From Parageobacillus caldoxylosilyticus NBRC 107762 (GTDB lineage: Bacteria > Bacillota > Bacilli > Bacillales > Anoxybacillaceae): a DNA stretch of 24,000 bases. The notes beneath the pieces were generated by a model that had not been told where the DNA came from, did not search any database, and was given only the letters and a program-made list of their open reading frames with translations. The stretch is taken from NCBI RefSeq assembly GCF_000632715.1, contig NZ_BAWO01000048.1, positions 6,835-30,834 on the forward strand, given 5' to 3'. A program made the translations under genes and the position numbers. Numbering within the stretch: position 1 is the stretch's first letter; each line of letters starts with the position of its first letter. Below are positions 20,362 through 24,000 of this stretch, piece after piece.

Positions 20362-20391
20362 ATTATAGACTTGACCGAGCGTGAAAAACAA
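20362..20391 (-). promoter_or_regulatory. Putative internal sigmaA promoter upstream of pgk
   Basis: The minus strand reads TTGTTT (20391..20386), an 18-nt spacer, then a perfect TATAAT (20367..20362) in the 123-nt gapA-pgk gap. In B. subtilis a constitutive internal promoter drives pgk-tpiA-pgm-eno. Confidence 0.5.
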
Positions 20392-20400
20392 CGATTATCC

Positions 20401-22471
<2,071 letters not shown>

Positions 22472-22504
22472 CGAACCCTTCTCCTTAGCTATGGATATTA
22501 TATG

Positions 22505-22540
22505 GACATTAATTGTCCCAGTGTGACTTATTATGTCCCA
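22505..22540 (-). promoter_or_regulatory. CggR operator (tandem direct repeat)
   Basis: The minus strand reads TGGGAC-ataata-AGTC-acac-TGGGAC-aattaa-TGTC. It has the same spacing as the published B. subtilis operator CGGGAC-N6-TGTC-N4-CGGGAC-N6-TGTC and matches 17 of 20 specified positions. It ends 2 nt upstream of a TATAAT hexamer (22502..22497), so it would cover the -35/spacer region. Confidence 0.8.
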
Positions 22541-22547
22541 CCATGGC

Positions 22548-22591
22548 AAAAAAAATTCCTCCCGCGTCAATTCTATTGTAACAGGAGGAAT
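22548..22591 (-). terminator. Rho-independent terminator after the glutaredoxin-like gene
   Basis: The minus strand reads ATTCCTCC-(21-nt loop)-GGAGGAAT followed by TTTTTTTT. It starts 9 nt after the stop at 22600. The large loop lowers confidence. Confidence 0.55.
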
Positions 22592-22599
22592 ACGATTAT

Positions 22600-22845
22600 T
22601 CAACTTCTTTTCGCCTCCAGTAAGCGCTTTCTTATGACATCTTTTTGAACCATCCCAAAATCTATTTCTTCCCCATCGATCTCGACTACAGGAATCATTA
22701 ATTGATATTTTTCGAGCAGCTTGTCGTCATGATAAATGTCGATTTCATTGATTTGAAAGGAGAATTCGTTTTGCAGCTCTTGCAAGACTTGTTTCGCTTT
22801 ATCGCATAACGGACAGTTCGTTTTGGAATATAAATTGATCTTCAT
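22600..22845 (-). CDS. Small glutaredoxin/thioredoxin-fold protein (C-P-L-C motif)
   Basis: The 81-aa product MKINLYSKTNCPLCDKAKQVLQEL...IPVVEIDGEEI has a CxxC in the position typical of glutaredoxin-like proteins. The RBS GGAAGGGA lies 14 nt after the sigL stop. Confidence 0.75.
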   Translation of the reverse strand: MKINLYSKTNCPLCDKAKQVLQELQNEFSFQINEIDIYHDDKLLEKYQLMIPVVEIDGEEIDFGMVQKDVIRKRLLEAKRS

Positions 22846-22859
22846 TGTTTGTCCCTTCC

Positions 22860-24000
22860 TTATCCATACTGCTTTCGCTTTGCCGATGATGGAATATGTA
22901 GCTGCTCACGGTATTTGGCGACCGTTCTCCGCGAAACGGCGATGCCATATTGCTCCTGTAACAAATCAGCAAGCTTTTGGTCAGAGAGAGGCTGTTTTTT
23001 GTCTTCCGCCTCTATGAATTGCTTAATCATCATTTTTACTTTTACCGAAGAAGCAGCATCCTCCTCTGTGTAAGCGGAAGAAACAGAACTGGAGAAAAAG
23101 CGGCGCAGTTCCACGGTGCCAAACGGTGTCTGCACATATTTATTTTTCACCGCACGGCTGACAGTAGATTCATGAATGCCTAGTTCCTCAGCCACTTCAC
23201 GCATCGTAAGGGGCTTTAACGCAGCAAATCCCGCTTCCAAACATGGCAGCTGTTTATCGACAATAACGGCCATAATATTTAACAACGTTCGTTTGCGCTG
23301 CTCTAAGCTTTTGGCAAGCCATAAAAACTGCCGATATTTATCTTTGACGAAGCCGTGGACTTGACTGTCGCGATAATGGGTCATTTGCTGTTCATACGTC
23401 CGATTCCAGACCAGTTCCGGATGCACATCGTCGTTAAAGAAAATGCACCATTGGCCTTCCGGGCCGCGTTCGACAATCAGATCGGGGATGATAAAATGCG
23501 GCATCTCCTTTGTATAATGAATGCCAGGACGCGGTTCGAGCGTGCGGATTAAATCCCAAACACGCTGCAACGAAGCGATATCGACCCCAAGCTGCTTCGC
23601 CAGCGTTTTCCATGATTTTTCAGCAAATAAAGAAAAATGATGCTTGATGATTTGTTCGGCGAATTCATCCCGCTCTGGCAAACGCTGCAGCTGCAAATAT
23701 AAACATTCTTCCAAGCTGCGTGCGCCCACGCCAGCCGGCTCTAATGACTGCACGATTTCAAGCGCCTTTTCCGCTTTCTCCCTTGAAATAGCTAATTGAT
23801 CAGCAATTTCCTCCAGCTCGATCCGCAAATAGCCGTCTTCATCAAGGGAAGCGATGAGGTAACGCACGACGCGTTCTTCCTGTTTTGCAAGCGAAAGCGC
23901 CGGCAGCTGCGCCATTAAATGCGCCGAAAGCGTTTCTGAACGTGTGCTCATATTTTCCAACCATTGCTGTTTGTCTTTCTCCGATAAGCGGCGCCCGCTT
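22860..24000 (-). CDS. sigL: RNA polymerase sigma-54 factor SigL/RpoN, C-terminal ~380 codons (N-terminus beyond the right edge)
   Basis: The product ...LEPAGVGARSLEECLYLQLQRL...KPLTMREVAEELGIHESTVSRAVKNKYVQTPFGTVELRRFFS...LSDQKLADLLQEQYGIAVSRRTVAKYREQLHIPSSAKRKQYG carries the sigma-54 HTH and RpoN box (ARRTVAKYR-like). The frame remains open upstream of the track start through position 24000 (...SGRRLSEKDKQQWLEN...). Confidence 0.95.
   Translation of the reverse strand, partial: SGRRLSEKDKQQWLENMSTRSETLSAHLMAQLPALSLAKQEERVVRYLIASLDEDGYLRIELEEIADQLAISREKAEKALEIVQSLEPAGVGARSLEECLYLQLQRLPERDEFAEQIIKHHFSLFAEKSWKTLAKQLGVDIASLQRVWDLIRTLEPRPGIHYTKEMPHFIIPDLIVERGPEGQWCIFFNDDVHPELVWNRTYEQQMTHYRDSQVHGFVKDKYRQFLWLAKSLEQRKRTLLNIMAVIVDKQLPCLEAGFAALKPLTMREVAEELGIHESTVSRAVKNKYVQTPFGTVELRRFFSSSVSSAYTEEDAASSVKVKMMIKQFIEAEDKKQPLSDQKLADLLQEQYGIAVSRRTVAKYREQLHIPSSAKRKQYG

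Overview
Chromosomal window from a thermophilic Bacillaceae genome. The esterases, RNase R and glycolytic enzymes match what I remember of Geobacillus/Parageobacillus-type proteins such as Est30 and Est55. Every credible gene is on the minus strand. The right two thirds (about 8600-24000) are conserved housekeeping. They read sigL (partial) - glutaredoxin-like - cggR-gapA-pgk-tpiA-gpmI-eno, with a recognisable CggR operator and an internal pgk promoter. Next come a YjdF-family gene with a structured, RBS-sequestering leader, then est55-like carboxylesterase - secG - est30-like carboxylesterase - rnr - smpB - ssrA (tmRNA). The left third (1 to about 8600) is visibly more AT-rich and looks accessory. 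It holds a hairpin-dense orphan segment, a LysM/3D (YocH-like) wall protein, and a decayed lipase-gene fragment. These are followed by a tightly packed operon: lipoprotein, then a 640-aa lipase with a helical C-terminal domain, then a 110-aa WXG100-like helical protein. Directly downstream is a type VIIb secretion core, esxA(yukE)-yukD-essB(yukC)-essC(yukB, partial). The most interesting candidate is this lipoprotein/lipase/helper module abutting esxA. I read it as a reverse-architecture (TslA-like) T7SSb lipase toxin system with a lipoprotein immunity candidate and a pseudogenised paralogue. No CRISPR array, IS element, integrase, tRNA or rRNA was seen. All homology statements come from my memory of reference proteins, not from a search.
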